A stretch of 64,000 nt of DNA from an uncultured Eubacteriales bacterium (GCA_964445575.1 CAYULB010000001.1:12805-76804); one strand, 5' to 3'; counted from the stretch's first letter, positions 1-9,742 are shown. The notes: generated by a model not told the origin, from the sequence alone. Numbers and translations: made by a program.

Positions 1-750
1 TGTGGTTTTCCCTTTCTTGATTTTTTTTACACATCCCCAGCACGCACCAAATCCACACCCCATAATAGATTCCAGAGACAGTTGGGCAGTGATGCTAAGG
101 GCTTTAGAAAATTCAGAAATTTTTTTTAGCATTCCTTGGGGTCCGCAGGCGTAAATGAATGAAGGAATCATTAGATCCATTTCTTTTTTAAATAGATCTG
201 TGACCAAACCCCTATAGCCTGACGAGCCATCTTCAGTGGAACAGAGAATCTCTATGTTTTCTTTTTTGAATTTTGAGGAGATCCGTAGGTCTTTTGAGGA
301 GTTTGCCCCAAAAAATACTTTGACGGATTGTTTTTTTTTAATAAGCTCAAGTGCAAGAAAATAAAGAGGAGCAATTCCTCTCCCCCCTCCGATAAGGCAT
401 ATTGTTTTTTGTCCATAATTTTCCTGAATGTGAAAACCATTTCCCAGAGGTCCTAAAACCTCCATTTCTTCGCCTAATTGTTTTTCACTGAGGATGGAAG
501 TTCCTATGCCTGTATTTTGAAAAAATATCTCCAGATTTTGGCCTTTTTTAGAGTGGATGCTGAAAGGACGGCGCAGAAGAGGGTAAGGGCTTTGGGATAC
601 CCTGACCATTAAAAATTGTCCGGGTCTTGATTCTTTGGCTATTTCAGGTGCCTTAAAGGAGAGAAGACAGTAATCGTTTCCCCATATTTCTTTTCGGATG
701 ACTTTTGCATTGTGATTTTTTAGCATAGAAGACATACTGTAATGTCCCAT
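1..750 (-). CDS. pyrK: Dihydroorotate dehydrogenase electron-transfer subunit (PyrK-like; FAD/NAD-binding plus C-terminal 2Fe-2S); C-terminus runs off the left window edge
   Basis: Not in the ORF track because no stop lies in the window. Hand translation of the minus strand from ATG 750 (alternative ATG 735): MGHYSMSSMLKNHNAKVIRKEIWGNDYCLLSFKAPEIAKESRPGQFLMVRV..RRPFSI..LGPLGNGF..CLIGGGRGIAPLYFLA..ACGPQGMLK..MGCGFGACWGCV. The RxxS, GGGxGxAP and CGxGxCxxC motifs fit PyrK. An in-frame TAA at 751-753 closes the frame upstream. Confidence 0.8.
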   Translation of the reverse strand, partial: MGHYSMSSMLKNHNAKVIRKEIWGNDYCLLSFKAPEIAKESRPGQFLMVRVSQSPYPLLRRPFSIHSKKGQNLEIFFQNTGIGTSILSEKQLGEEMEVLGPLGNGFHIQENYGQKTICLIGGGRGIAPLYFLALELIKKKQSVKVFFGANSSKDLRISSKFKKENIEILCSTEDGSSGYRGLVTDLFKKEMDLMIPSFIYACGPQGMLKKISEFSKALSITAQLSLESIMGCGFGACWGCVKKIKKGKTT

Positions 751-789
751 TTAAAATAACAGAAATGGTTTTTTTGAGCAATAAAAACT

Positions 790-818
790 TTGACATAAAT
801 CGAAGTTTTTGAAATAAT
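790..818 (+). promoter_or_regulatory. Sigma70-like promoter candidate upstream of the aminotransferase (TTGACA-17-AATAAT)
   Basis: TTGACA at 790-795, a 17-nt spacer, AATAAT at 813-818. It lies in the pyrK/aminotransferase divergent spacer. Confidence 0.4.
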
Positions 819-836
819 CAAAATCTTCATGATTAC

Positions 837-890
837 CCTGAATTATTCCTGAATCAGGGTGGCCTGGCTGCCCTTTTATGAATGATTTGG
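837..890 (+). repeat. Possible minimal or degenerate copy of the intergenic TIR element family
   Basis: CCTGAATTATTCC at 837-849 resembles the 5' terminus CCTGATTTATTCA. TTTTATGAATGATTTGG at 874-890 resembles the 3' terminus TTTTTATGAATAGGTCAGG. There is an internal CCCTGA..TCAGGG hairpin. Confidence 0.3.
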
Positions 891-913
891 GATTAATATG
901 GGAGGCAATTCAA

Positions 914-2107
914 ATGCATATATCCCGACGGGCTCAGGAAATCCAGGAATCTCCCATTAGAAAGTTAAAGCCTTATGCGGATCAGGCTGTTTCAGAAGGA
1001 GTCAAAGTTCATTTCATTAATATTGGACAGCCTGACATTGTCACCCCAGCTCCTGTATGGGAGGCTTTTAAAAAAGGAAAAGAGGATGTGCTTGAGTACG
1101 GGCCGGCTCAAGGCCTCTTGGAGTTGAGAAAAGCTATAGCCAGATACTTCAATGCTTATAAAATCCCCCTAAATCAGGAAAACGTGATCATCACTATTGG
1201 AGGGTCAGAGGCTATTCATTTTGCTTTTTCCGCTGTGGCTGACACTGAAGATGAGATCATAATTCCAGAGCCTTTTTATACCAACTATAATGGTTATGCT
1301 GCTTTTGCCAATGTCAATATAGTCCCTTTGACATTGGATGTAAGGAACGGGTTCAAGCTCCCTGAGAAAAGAGAAATAGAACAAACCATCACCCCCAAGA
1401 CAAGAGCGGTTTTACTGTGTTCTCCGAATAATCCTACCGGAACCGTTTATACCCGGGAAGAGCTGGAAAGAGTGGTTGCTTTGGTTCAAAAACATGATTT
1501 GTTTCTGATCGCAGATGAGGTCTATAAGGAATTTGTTTACGATGGCGCTAGTCATAAAAGCGTATTGGAATTTGAAGAGATCAAAGATAGAACTATAGTG
1601 GTTGACAGCGTATCCAAACGTTTTAGCTGCTGCGGTGCGAGAATAGGAGCTGTGATAACCAGGAATCCTGAAGTTTATAATGGAATCCTCAAATTTGCGC
1701 AGGCTCGATTGTGTCCCCCCACTCTGGAACAAAAGGCGGCTTTGGCAGCTTATCAAATGGGAATGGATTATTTCGAAACAGTGAGAGAAGAATATCAAAA
1801 GAGAAGGGATATTTTGTATGATGGATTAAAGGATATCCCAGGTATTGTGATGCACAAACCCTCGGGGGCATTTTATTTAATTGTGAGGCTGCCTATAAAA
1901 GACAGTGAGCATTTTGTGCGGTGGATGTTAGCTGACTTTAGATTTGAGAATGAAACTGTAATGGTGGCGCCAGCGCAGGGTTTTTACAGGACTCCCGGCA
2001 AAGGCAAGGACGAAATCAGAATCGCCTATGTCCTTAAGGAAGAGAATTTAAAAAGAGCCATACGAGTTTTCAAAAAAGGCCTTGAAAAATATATGTCCTT
2101 GTTTTAA
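914..2107 (+). CDS. Class I/II PLP-dependent aminotransferase (aspartate/aromatic aminotransferase-like)
   Basis: ORF track 878..2107. Motifs: SPIRKL, NPTG, and SVSKRFSCCGARIG (PLP-lysine motif). Start moved to ATG 914 (MHISRR) because GGGAGG at 900-905 lies 8 nt upstream, while ATG 878 lies inside a repeat fragment. Confidence 0.85.
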   Translation: MHISRRAQEIQESPIRKLKPYADQAVSEGVKVHFINIGQPDIVTPAPVWEAFKKGKEDVLEYGPAQGLLELRKAIARYFNAYKIPLNQENVIITIGGSEAIHFAFSAVADTEDEIIIPEPFYTNYNGYAAFANVNIVPLTLDVRNGFKLPEKREIEQTITPKTRAVLLCSPNNPTGTVYTREELERVVALVQKHDLFLIADEVYKEFVYDGASHKSVLEFEEIKDRTIVVDSVSKRFSCCGARIGAVITRNPEVYNGILKFAQARLCPPTLEQKAALAAYQMGMDYFETVREEYQKRRDILYDGLKDIPGIVMHKPSGAFYLIVRLPIKDSEHFVRWMLADFRFENETVMVAPAQGFYRTPGKGKDEIRIAYVLKEENLKRAIRVFKKGLEKYMSLF

Positions 2108-2335
2108 ATGTTTGACCTTGTATTAAGACTACTTTAAAATAATAACCTGCTGTATTTTCCCAGAATTTCGTGCTGTAGGAATTTTGCGGCCTGCAGACAA
2201 AGCGATTCTAAAAATATAAATTTATAGAAAAAGTATTTTTATAATGAAATCAAGAGGATAAGAATTGAATATTATGGATGTCAGAATCAAGATGTTTTGT
2301 TCAAAAACTCAGTTTTATCGGAAAAGGAGGTAAGA

Positions 2336-5047
2336 ATGGCTGAAAAATATGTTTATTTTTTTGAAAAGAACAATGCAGAAGGCAACAAAGGCATGAAAGA
2401 ACTGCTCGGTGGCAAGGGAGCTAATCTAGCTGAAATGGCGGGAATAGGACTCCCCGTTCCTCCGGGATTCACGGTGTCCACCGATGTATGCACTCTGTTT
2501 TTGGAGAAAGGGAAAAAACTTCCAGAAGAAGTCAAGGAAGAAATCGATAAAAATTTAGAAAGATTAGAGAAATCAACAGGACAAAGGTTTGGAGACAAAA
2601 ACAACCCATTGCTGGTCTCAGTTCGTTCAGGAGCCAAGTTTTCTATGCCCGGAATGATGGATACTATATTGAACCTGGGGCTGAATTATGAAACCGTTGA
2701 AGGACTGGCAGAGAAAAGTAATGACAGGCGGTTTGCCTTAGACTGTTACCGGAGATTGATCCAAATGTTTGGTGATGTGGTTCTGGAAATCCCGAAGAAA
2801 AAGTTTGAAGAAATATTGAAAGCTAAAAAAAAGGAAAAGAACATAAAAATTGATTCTCAGCTTCCTGAAGAGACTCTAGAGGAAATATTGGATGAATATA
2901 AAAAAATTGTAAAAGAGCAGGCAGGAAGAGAGTTCCCTCAGGACGTTAAAGAACAATTGTATTTAGCAATATCAGCAGTATTCCGTTCGTGGGATAATCC
3001 CCGAGCTATAACTTACCGGCATATTCATCATATTCCCGATGATTTAGGCACAGCCGTAAATATTCAGCTCATGGTTTTTGGTAACTTCGGAGACCATTCA
3101 GCTACCGGCGTGGGTTTTACCAGAGACCCGGCAACTGGAGAGAAAAAGCTCTATGGAGAATATCTCATCAATGCTCAAGGTGAAGATGTAGTGGCTGGAG
3201 TCAGGACCCCCTCTCCCTTGGAAGAACTTGAAAAAGATATGCCGGAAGTATTCAAACAGCTTGTCCAGGTGACCGAGCAACTTGAAAAACATTATCATAA
3301 TGTTCAGGACTTTGAATTTACCGTCCAGGAAAATGAACTTTATATGTTACAGACCAGGGATGGAAAAAGAACAGGACAGGCTGCCGTAAAGATAGCTGTA
3401 GACCTGGTTGAGGAAGGGATAGCGACTAAGGAAGAAGCCTTGATGATGGTGGAGCCTGCTGCTCTGGATCAGCTTCTCCATCCTGTTTTTGATCCTAAAG
3501 AAAAAGAAAATCATGAAGTATTGGCGAAAGGGCTTGCCGCTTCCCCCGGAGCAGCCGCAGGGCAGGTGGTGTTTTCATCAGATGAGGCTGTGGAATGGAA
3601 ATCAAAGGGAAAGAAAGTGATTTTAGTAAGGGAGGAAACTTCACCGGATGATATACATGGAATGAGTGCTTCTCAGGGAATTTTGACCGCAACAGGGGGA
3701 ATGACTTCGCATGCTGCTGTGGTTGGGAGACAGATGGGAAAGCCTGCTGTGGTGGGATGTGGAGACATAGCTCTGAATGAAGAAGGGAAAAAATTTAAAG
3801 TAAAAAACAAAGTGCTGAAAGAAGGAGATGCTATTTCAATAGATGGAGCTTCTGGTGAACTCCTGCTGGGTGAGATCGTGACCAGACCATCTGAGATAAT
3901 ACAGGTTATTAGAGGAAATAAAAAGCCAGAAGAGTCTGAATTGTATAATTATTTTAACACATTCTTGGGTTGGGCAGATGAAGTGAGGAAAATGAATGTG
4001 AGGGCTAATGCAGATACTCCTGAGGATGCCAAAATGGCTTTTGCTTTTGGTGCTGAAGGCATTGGATTAACCAGGACCGAACATATGTTTTTTGAGAAAG
4101 AGAGACTGCCCTTTATAAAAAACATGATTTTATCAGAGTCAGAAGAGGACCGGCGCAAATATTTAGATAAGCTGCTGCCCTTTCAGAGAGATGACTTCTA
4201 TGACTTATTTAAAGTCATGAAAGGAAATCCTGTGACCATAAGGACACTGGATCCTCCTCTTCATGAATTTTTGCCCAACAAAGAAGACCTGATGCTGGAA
4301 ATCGCTGAATTAAAGCGTTCCAAAAAGAAGAACAAGGAAAAGATTAAGGAAAAAGAAAAATTGTTAGAAAGGGTGAAAGCTCTCTCTGAATTCAATCCTA
4401 TGCTCGGTCATCGAGGATGCCGTTTGGGAGTTACCTTTCCTGAAATAATAGAAATGCAGGCTTCAGCTATATTTGAAGCAGCATGCCAGCTGGCAAGTGA
4501 AGGGAAAAAGGTCTTTCCCGAGATTATGGTTCCATTGATTGGGTCAGTGAATGAGCTGGCTGACCAGAAAAAAATAATTGTGGATGTAGCGGAGAAATTG
4601 ATCAAAAAATACAATGTTGAATTTGATTATACGGTGGGCACTATGATAGAGATACCCAGAGCAGCCATAACTGCAGATAAAGTAGCCCGGGAAGCTGACT
4701 TCTTCTCGTTTGGAACTAATGACCTTACCCAGACTGCTTTCGGGATATCCCGTGATGACGGTGCCTCATTTATCAACCATTATTTAACCCACGGAATATG
4801 GAAAGATGATCCCTTCACTACTATTGATATTGATGGAGTTGGTGAGTTGATGAAGTGGGCTGTTAAAAAAGGACGAGAGACAAAACCAGATTTAAAAATA
4901 GGGATATGTGGAGTCCACGGCGGAGACCCGAGATCTATCTTTTTCTGTCATAAAGTAGGATTGAACTATGTCAGCTGCTCAGCTTATCAGATTCCTATTG
5001 CAAGATTAGCATCAGCCCAGGTCACTCTTAAAGAAAACAGGGAATAG
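2336..5047 (+). CDS. ppdK: Pyruvate, phosphate dikinase
   Basis: ORF track 2297..5047 (TTG start). Likely start is ATG 2336 (MAEKYVYFF) with AAGGAGG 6 nt upstream. Motifs: GGKGANLAEM, the catalytic His motif GGMTSHAAVVGR, and C-terminal PEP-utilising motifs (NDLTQ, CGVHGGDP). Confidence 0.95.
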   Translation: MAEKYVYFFEKNNAEGNKGMKELLGGKGANLAEMAGIGLPVPPGFTVSTDVCTLFLEKGKKLPEEVKEEIDKNLERLEKSTGQRFGDKNNPLLVSVRSGAKFSMPGMMDTILNLGLNYETVEGLAEKSNDRRFALDCYRRLIQMFGDVVLEIPKKKFEEILKAKKKEKNIKIDSQLPEETLEEILDEYKKIVKEQAGREFPQDVKEQLYLAISAVFRSWDNPRAITYRHIHHIPDDLGTAVNIQLMVFGNFGDHSATGVGFTRDPATGEKKLYGEYLINAQGEDVVAGVRTPSPLEELEKDMPEVFKQLVQVTEQLEKHYHNVQDFEFTVQENELYMLQTRDGKRTGQAAVKIAVDLVEEGIATKEEALMMVEPAALDQLLHPVFDPKEKENHEVLAKGLAASPGAAAGQVVFSSDEAVEWKSKGKKVILVREETSPDDIHGMSASQGILTATGGMTSHAAVVGRQMGKPAVVGCGDIALNEEGKKFKVKNKVLKEGDAISIDGASGELLLGEIVTRPSEIIQVIRGNKKPEESELYNYFNTFLGWADEVRKMNVRANADTPEDAKMAFAFGAEGIGLTRTEHMFFEKERLPFIKNMILSESEEDRRKYLDKLLPFQRDDFYDLFKVMKGNPVTIRTLDPPLHEFLPNKEDLMLEIAELKRSKKKNKEKIKEKEKLLERVKALSEFNPMLGHRGCRLGVTFPEIIEMQASAIFEAACQLASEGKKVFPEIMVPLIGSVNELADQKKIIVDVAEKLIKKYNVEFDYTVGTMIEIPRAAITADKVAREADFFSFGTNDLTQTAFGISRDDGASFINHYLTHGIWKDDPFTTIDIDGVGELMKWAVKKGRETKPDLKIGICGVHGGDPRSIFFCHKVGLNYVSCSAYQIPIARLASAQVTLKENRE

Positions 5048-5063
5048 AGAAAGAATAGAGGTA

Positions 5064-6047
5064 ATGGCAGGCCTTAAACAAATTGTTCGACGTTTTAAAA
5101 AAGAAAAATTCCCTTTTAAATTTGTTTATAGTGATTCTTACTGGATGGTGGATTTCAAAAACCATGTTTTTCCAGTTAGAAAGTACAGATTGGTCTATGA
5201 AAAGCTGCTCAAAGAAGGAGCTGCAAAAAAGAATTTTATTGAACCTTATATTCCGGATGAAAAGGATGTATTGAGAGCTCATTCATCTAAACATATAAAA
5301 AAAATAAAATCTGGAAAACTTTCTCCTTCCGAGCTTATGACTTTAGAGATTCCCTTTTCCAAGGAAGCCATACAATTTTTTTATCTTACTGCAGGGGGTA
5401 CCATATGCGCGTCTGAAGCAGCAGTCAGAGATGGCATGTGTGTTCATATAGGAGGTGGGTTTCACCATGCTTTTTCTGACCATGGAGAAGGATTTTGTGT
5501 TCTCAATGATGTGGCCATAGCCTTAGAGAAAATGAAAGCAGAAAATAAGGTTCAGAAAGCCATGGTGGTAGACTGTGATGTGCATCAGGGAAACGGCACA
5601 GCAGCTATTCTTAAGGGAAAAAAATATGCTTTTACCTTTTCTTTGCACCAAATGGATATTTATCCGGCTGAGAAAGAGACAAGTTCTTTGGATGTGGGTT
5701 TATGGTCCGGAGATGGGGATGGTGAATATCTAGAGAAATTGAGACACCATATCCCGCGGATCTACGAAGAATTCAATCCTGATTTGATATTTTATCTAGC
5801 CGGGGCAGACCCGTATAGAAAAGACAGATTAGGGGATTTGAACCTAACGTTTAAAGGGCTTGAACAGAGAGACCATATTGTTATAGAAAACGCTCAGAAG
5901 AGAGGTTGTCCTGTGGTCATCCTCTTTGCTGGTGGGTATGCACTAGAAGTGGATGACGTTGTTTCCATTCATATGAATACCATAATGACAGCCCTAAAAA
6001 TCTATAAACGGTATTCCAAAAAAGGGATTTTAGGAATTCTGAAGTAG
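5064..6047 (+). CDS. Histone deacetylase family protein (acetoin utilisation / acetylpolyamine amidohydrolase-like)
   Basis: GGGFHHAFSDHGEGFCVLNDVAIA, DCDVHQGNGT and YLAGADPY are the class HDAC metal and active-site motifs. Confidence 0.85.
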   Translation: MAGLKQIVRRFKKEKFPFKFVYSDSYWMVDFKNHVFPVRKYRLVYEKLLKEGAAKKNFIEPYIPDEKDVLRAHSSKHIKKIKSGKLSPSELMTLEIPFSKEAIQFFYLTAGGTICASEAAVRDGMCVHIGGGFHHAFSDHGEGFCVLNDVAIALEKMKAENKVQKAMVVDCDVHQGNGTAAILKGKKYAFTFSLHQMDIYPAEKETSSLDVGLWSGDGDGEYLEKLRHHIPRIYEEFNPDLIFYLAGADPYRKDRLGDLNLTFKGLEQRDHIVIENAQKRGCPVVILFAGGYALEVDDVVSIHMNTIMTALKIYKRYSKKGILGILK

Positions 6048-7262
6048 TATATGAGCGAAAACTTTTGCGTCTCCGACCATGTTATCTATCACGCAGTATT
6101 CATCCGGTTGATGGGCGGTTTCCTCTATCTTTGACCAGCAAGCCACTTGATAGTTAGCTTTACGTAAAAAAGAAGCGACTGTGCGCCCTCCGATTCCCAC
6201 AGGTTCTGCTTTTTTACCGTAGATATCTTTAATTGCTTTTTTTAAGCATTTCACTACAGGTGCATCAGCCGGGGTATTAGTGCTGTTGGATTCCTTTTGT
6301 ACGTCCTCTAAAAATATTTTTACCTGGAATTTTTTTTCAGTTCTTTTTGCTGTTTTCTGAATCTCTTTTTTGACATTCTCTATGGTGTGTTCAGGTATGA
6401 CGCGGCAGTCCATATAAAAGATGTCTTCTCCTGGAATGGTATTGATATTGGGAACATTTGCTTCTTTTTTAGTAGGTTCAAATGTTGAAAATGGGGGAGA
6501 AAATAAGGAGTTTTTTTCAGGAAAAATTTCATAAAGTTTTGATAATTCTGCGATGAGATAGGAAGCGGCCCTTAGGCTGTTTATTCCTTTCTCTGGAGTG
6601 GAGGCTTGGATCTGTTTTCCAACTGTTTTTACTTTCAACCAGTATATGTTTTTTTCTGCAATTTCTATCATGGTGCCGTGTTTGTTTCCCACACCGGGGA
6701 CAATGAATAAATCCTGTTTTTTAAAGGGATTGGATTTTTTCAAAATGTATTCGATCCCTTTTTTGTTTCCTGTTTCTTCATCAGAGACAAATATCAATCC
6801 CACATCATAGGTGGGTTTTATTCCTTGTTTTTGGAGGGCTTTCAATGCATAAATGGAAGCGATCATATCCTGCTGATTGTCTTCCACACCCCTACCAAAT
6901 ATTTTTCCAGCTTCGACATAGGCTTTGAAGGGATTTCCTTTCCACAAGGCCGGTTCACCTGGGGGCACTACATCCATGTGAGTCATAATCCATATGGTTT
7001 TTGAAGAATTTTTTCCTTTGTAGGTGGCAATGATATTAGGTCTATAGCCAGATGAAGCATCGATATCCGGAGCTTTGATTAAATCAACCTTGTCAAAGGC
7101 AATGTCAGGGAGCATCTCGAGAATAAATTCTGCTTTTTCTGCTTCTCCGCTTCCACCGTTAACAGGAGCGATAGCAGGAAATGAGCACAGTTTTATTTGC
7201 ATGTCGACCATCTCGTTACGGTATTTTTCTATTTGAGTCATGACTTTTTTTAGCTTCGTCAT
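6030..7262 (-). CDS. M20 family metallopeptidase (ArgE/DapE-like)
   Basis: ORF track 6030..7331. Motifs: THMDVVPPG, GRGVEDNQQ, SDEETG. Start trimmed to ATG 7262 (MTKLKKVMTQ), which is preceded by GGAG. Confidence 0.8.
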   Translation of the reverse strand: MTKLKKVMTQIEKYRNEMVDMQIKLCSFPAIAPVNGGSGEAEKAEFILEMLPDIAFDKVDLIKAPDIDASSGYRPNIIATYKGKNSSKTIWIMTHMDVVPPGEPALWKGNPFKAYVEAGKIFGRGVEDNQQDMIASIYALKALQKQGIKPTYDVGLIFVSDEETGNKKGIEYILKKSNPFKKQDLFIVPGVGNKHGTMIEIAEKNIYWLKVKTVGKQIQASTPEKGINSLRAASYLIAELSKLYEIFPEKNSLFSPPFSTFEPTKKEANVPNINTIPGEDIFYMDCRVIPEHTIENVKKEIQKTAKRTEKKFQVKIFLEDVQKESNSTNTPADAPVVKCLKKAIKDIYGKKAEPVGIGGRTVASFLRKANYQVACWSKIEETAHQPDEYCVIDNMVGDAKVFAHILLQNS

Positions 7263-7439
7263 TTCAGACTCCAATTTTAGGAATAATAGCACCCCTTGGT
7301 TCAAGAAGCAAGACATGAGAGAGGTATGCAAGTCTCTCCAAAATGGTTACGAGAAGAGAGGGCGGATAGGTATATATATATCACGGAATGAGAGACTCCT
7401 TCAAGAGGCATTTGTTAAACACAGATGCTTTTTCCAAAC

Positions 7440-7468
7440 TTGACATTTGTTGCGATAGAGACTACATT
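7440..7468 (+). promoter_or_regulatory. Sigma70-like promoter abutting the first glycosyltransferase gene (TTGACA-17-TACATT, 8 nt to ATG)
   Basis: TTGACA at 7440-7445, a 17-nt spacer, TACATT at 7463-7468, ATG at 7477. No Shine-Dalgarno in the 8 intervening nt. Confidence 0.5.
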
Positions 7469-7476
7469 TAGCCAAA

Positions 7477-8613
7477 ATGAAGATAGGGATAGACCTACGT
7501 CCTTTTATAAGGTTTGAAACAGGAGTGGGCACTTACATCAAAAATCTGCTTTTTTATCTATCTACCATAGATATGGAAAATGATTATTACCTGTTTTCAT
7601 CTTCCTTGAAACAGAGGTTTTCTCCTTCCAAAATTCCGATCTTCAATAAGATGCATTTTCGAGATTTCCATTATCCGGTAAAATTATTGAATTTTTTATG
7701 GTACAGATTGGGTGGGCCCACCATGGATGCCTTTTTCAAAACTCAGCTTGACCTAACTCACTCCCCGAGTCCTCTTATTTGTCCTACTAAAGGGAAAACA
7801 ATCATAACTGTTCATGACCTTTTTTTTATGGATTTTCCTTTTATGGCGAATAAAGAAGCCCGAAAATTTTTTTATAAAAACATACACAAGTCTCTCCAGA
7901 AATCAAATGGAATCATAGTGGTTTCTAATTTTATAAAGAAACAGCTTTTAGAAAAATTTGATGCGGATAAAGATAAAATCAAAGTCATTTATCACGGAGT
8001 GGACCCTGAGTTTACGTCTGATGTTTCCTGGGAGGAGGTAAAGAAATTTCGAGAATCTCATTCTTTGTCCTCAAGGGTGATTGTGTTTGTAGGGGCCATG
8101 GAGCCAAGAAAAAATCTTTTAAACCTTATAGAAGCGTTTAAGATTATTCATCGTGAAGAACCTGATGTTTCGTGTGTTATTGCTGGGAAAAAAGGACGGG
8201 ATTATCCTGCTTTGAAAAGAAGTGCAGAAAAGAGCCAGTTTAATTCCCGATTAAAAATATTGGATTATCTCTCTATCAGAGACTTAAAACGTCTGTACAA
8301 AGCAGGAACCATTTTTGTCTTTCCTTCTTATTGTGAAGGTTTTGGCCTGCCTCTTCTCGAAGCCATGGTCAGTGAGATGCCTGTGACTGCCTCTAACCGC
8401 ACCGCTTTACCTGAAATTGCAGGAGATGCAGCCCTTTATTTTGATCCAGACCGCCCCAAAGAGATAGCCGCCTGTATTTTACAGTTTCTCAGAGATGAAG
8501 ATTTAAGAGAGGAATTTATTGATAAAGGAAGAAAAAGAGCTCAGAGATTTGACTGGGAAAAAACTGCAAAAAGCACCTTAGACTTTTATCGACAGATTTT
8601 TGAACAGAAATAA
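7477..8613 (+). CDS. Glycosyltransferase, GT4 family (Glycos_transf_1-like)
   Basis: C-terminal EGFGLPLLEAM motif and the typical GT-B layout. It is the first gene of the glycan cluster. Confidence 0.85.
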   Translation: MKIGIDLRPFIRFETGVGTYIKNLLFYLSTIDMENDYYLFSSSLKQRFSPSKIPIFNKMHFRDFHYPVKLLNFLWYRLGGPTMDAFFKTQLDLTHSPSPLICPTKGKTIITVHDLFFMDFPFMANKEARKFFYKNIHKSLQKSNGIIVVSNFIKKQLLEKFDADKDKIKVIYHGVDPEFTSDVSWEEVKKFRESHSLSSRVIVFVGAMEPRKNLLNLIEAFKIIHREEPDVSCVIAGKKGRDYPALKRSAEKSQFNSRLKILDYLSIRDLKRLYKAGTIFVFPSYCEGFGLPLLEAMVSEMPVTASNRTALPEIAGDAALYFDPDRPKEIAACILQFLRDEDLREEFIDKGRKRAQRFDWEKTAKSTLDFYRQIFEQK

Positions 8614-8638
8614 AAAAGGACAAAAGGGTCAATAAAAA

Positions 8639-9742
8639 TTGAAGATTGCTGTTGATTGTTATGAAGTGACTGCAGAGTCAACTGGTGTGGGACGAGTTAT
8701 TCATAACATTCTGCTTTCCTTATGCCAAGAGGAAAGTCCGTATGAATTTTTAGCCTGTACCCGAGAGAAAATCAAAGATTATTCAGATTGCAGGACTATA
8801 AAGCAGTGCTTGTTTGCTCAAAATAAGGGATACTTTAGGTGGCAGAACGGCCCTTTTTTTAAGAAAATAAAAAAAATACACCCAGACCTGGTGGTTGCCC
8901 CGAACTACACTCTGCCTTTTTTTATCAAATCCAAATCAATTCTTTTTGAGCACGACATATCTTTCGTTTCTCATCCAGAATGGTTTACAAAAAAAGAGGT
9001 CTTAAAGCGAAAATATTTAGTGAAAAGAAGCATCAAAAAGGCTTCGCTGGTGATCACTTTATCAGAATTCTCAAAGCAAGAAATCATCCGTCATTTTTCT
9101 GTGTTCCCTGAAAAAATTAAAGTGATGTATTTGGGAGTTGGAGAGAGGTTCAAGCCAGCTGAAGTGAAAGAAACGTCAGGATGGAAACAGAAAAAAGGAC
9201 TAAAGAATAAAAAAATAATCGGCTATTTGGGTTCAATTTTTAACAGAAGGAATATTCCTCTTCTTGTTGATTCTGTGAGATTGTTGAGAGAGGAATTTCC
9301 AGAAATAATTCTTTATATTATTGGAAAGAACCTGACTTTTCCCCGCCAGCCTCTAGAGAGAATATTAAATGAGAATTGGATTATCTGGGAAGAAAGCATC
9401 CCAGAGTCTGAACTTCCCCTCTTTTTTTCTTCATTGGATGCGTTTGCGTATCTCTCAGAATATGAAGGCTTTGGACTCCCCCCTCTTGAGTCGCTGGCGT
9501 GCGGGTCTGTTCCCGTGTTGTTAAAGAGGAGCGCTCTGGAAGAAGTGTATCCAGAGCTTTCTATTATGATTGAAAATCCTGAAATTAAAGAAGTCAAAAA
9601 TGGGCTAGAGAAGGTCCTGACTGATAGAGAAAAAGTCAGAAAAATATTGGGCTCCTTTGAGAAAAAAAGAAAGTACTTTTCTTGGGATCGAGTGGCTGAA
9701 CAGTTCAAGAAATTTATAAATGAGGCAGCAGGTGAAGAATAA
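8639..9742 (+). CDS. Glycosyltransferase, GT4 family
   Basis: TTG start per the ORF track. EYEGFGLPPLESLACG motif. Confidence 0.8.
   Translation: MKIAVDCYEVTAESTGVGRVIHNILLSLCQEESPYEFLACTREKIKDYSDCRTIKQCLFAQNKGYFRWQNGPFFKKIKKIHPDLVVAPNYTLPFFIKSKSILFEHDISFVSHPEWFTKKEVLKRKYLVKRSIKKASLVITLSEFSKQEIIRHFSVFPEKIKVMYLGVGERFKPAEVKETSGWKQKKGLKNKKIIGYLGSIFNRRNIPLLVDSVRLLREEFPEIILYIIGKNLTFPRQPLERILNENWIIWEESIPESELPLFFSSLDAFAYLSEYEGFGLPPLESLACGSVPVLLKRSALEEVYPELSIMIENPEIKEVKNGLEKVLTDREKVRKILGSFEKKRKYFSWDRVAEQFKKFINEAAGEE

Noticed and set aside
252-440. 62-aa ORF in the track on the minus strand
   Set aside because: It is an alternative frame inside the pyrK coding region. The real frame, with the GGGRGIAPLYF motif, is different, and the ORF's sequence is low-complexity.
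1412-1798. Long antisense or alternative-frame ORFs inside well-supported genes. Examples: 1412-1798, 9313-9708, 22731-23189, 41815-42168, 46863-47279, 56049-56396.
   Set aside because: They lie wholly within CDS that have strong family motifs, have no recognisable motifs themselves, and have odd composition. I treat them as shadow ORFs.
2274-2333. 19-codon uORF (MDVRIKMFCSKTQFYRKRR) ending in the ppdK Shine-Dalgarno
   Set aside because: There is no Shine-Dalgarno of its own, no known leader-peptide logic for ppdK, and nothing to compare it with. It is probably chance.
7369-7381. Short (TA)n microsatellites at 7369-7381 and about 47462-47472 as phase-variation tracts
   Set aside because: They have only 5-6 units, are intergenic, and are not positioned between -35 and -10 elements.
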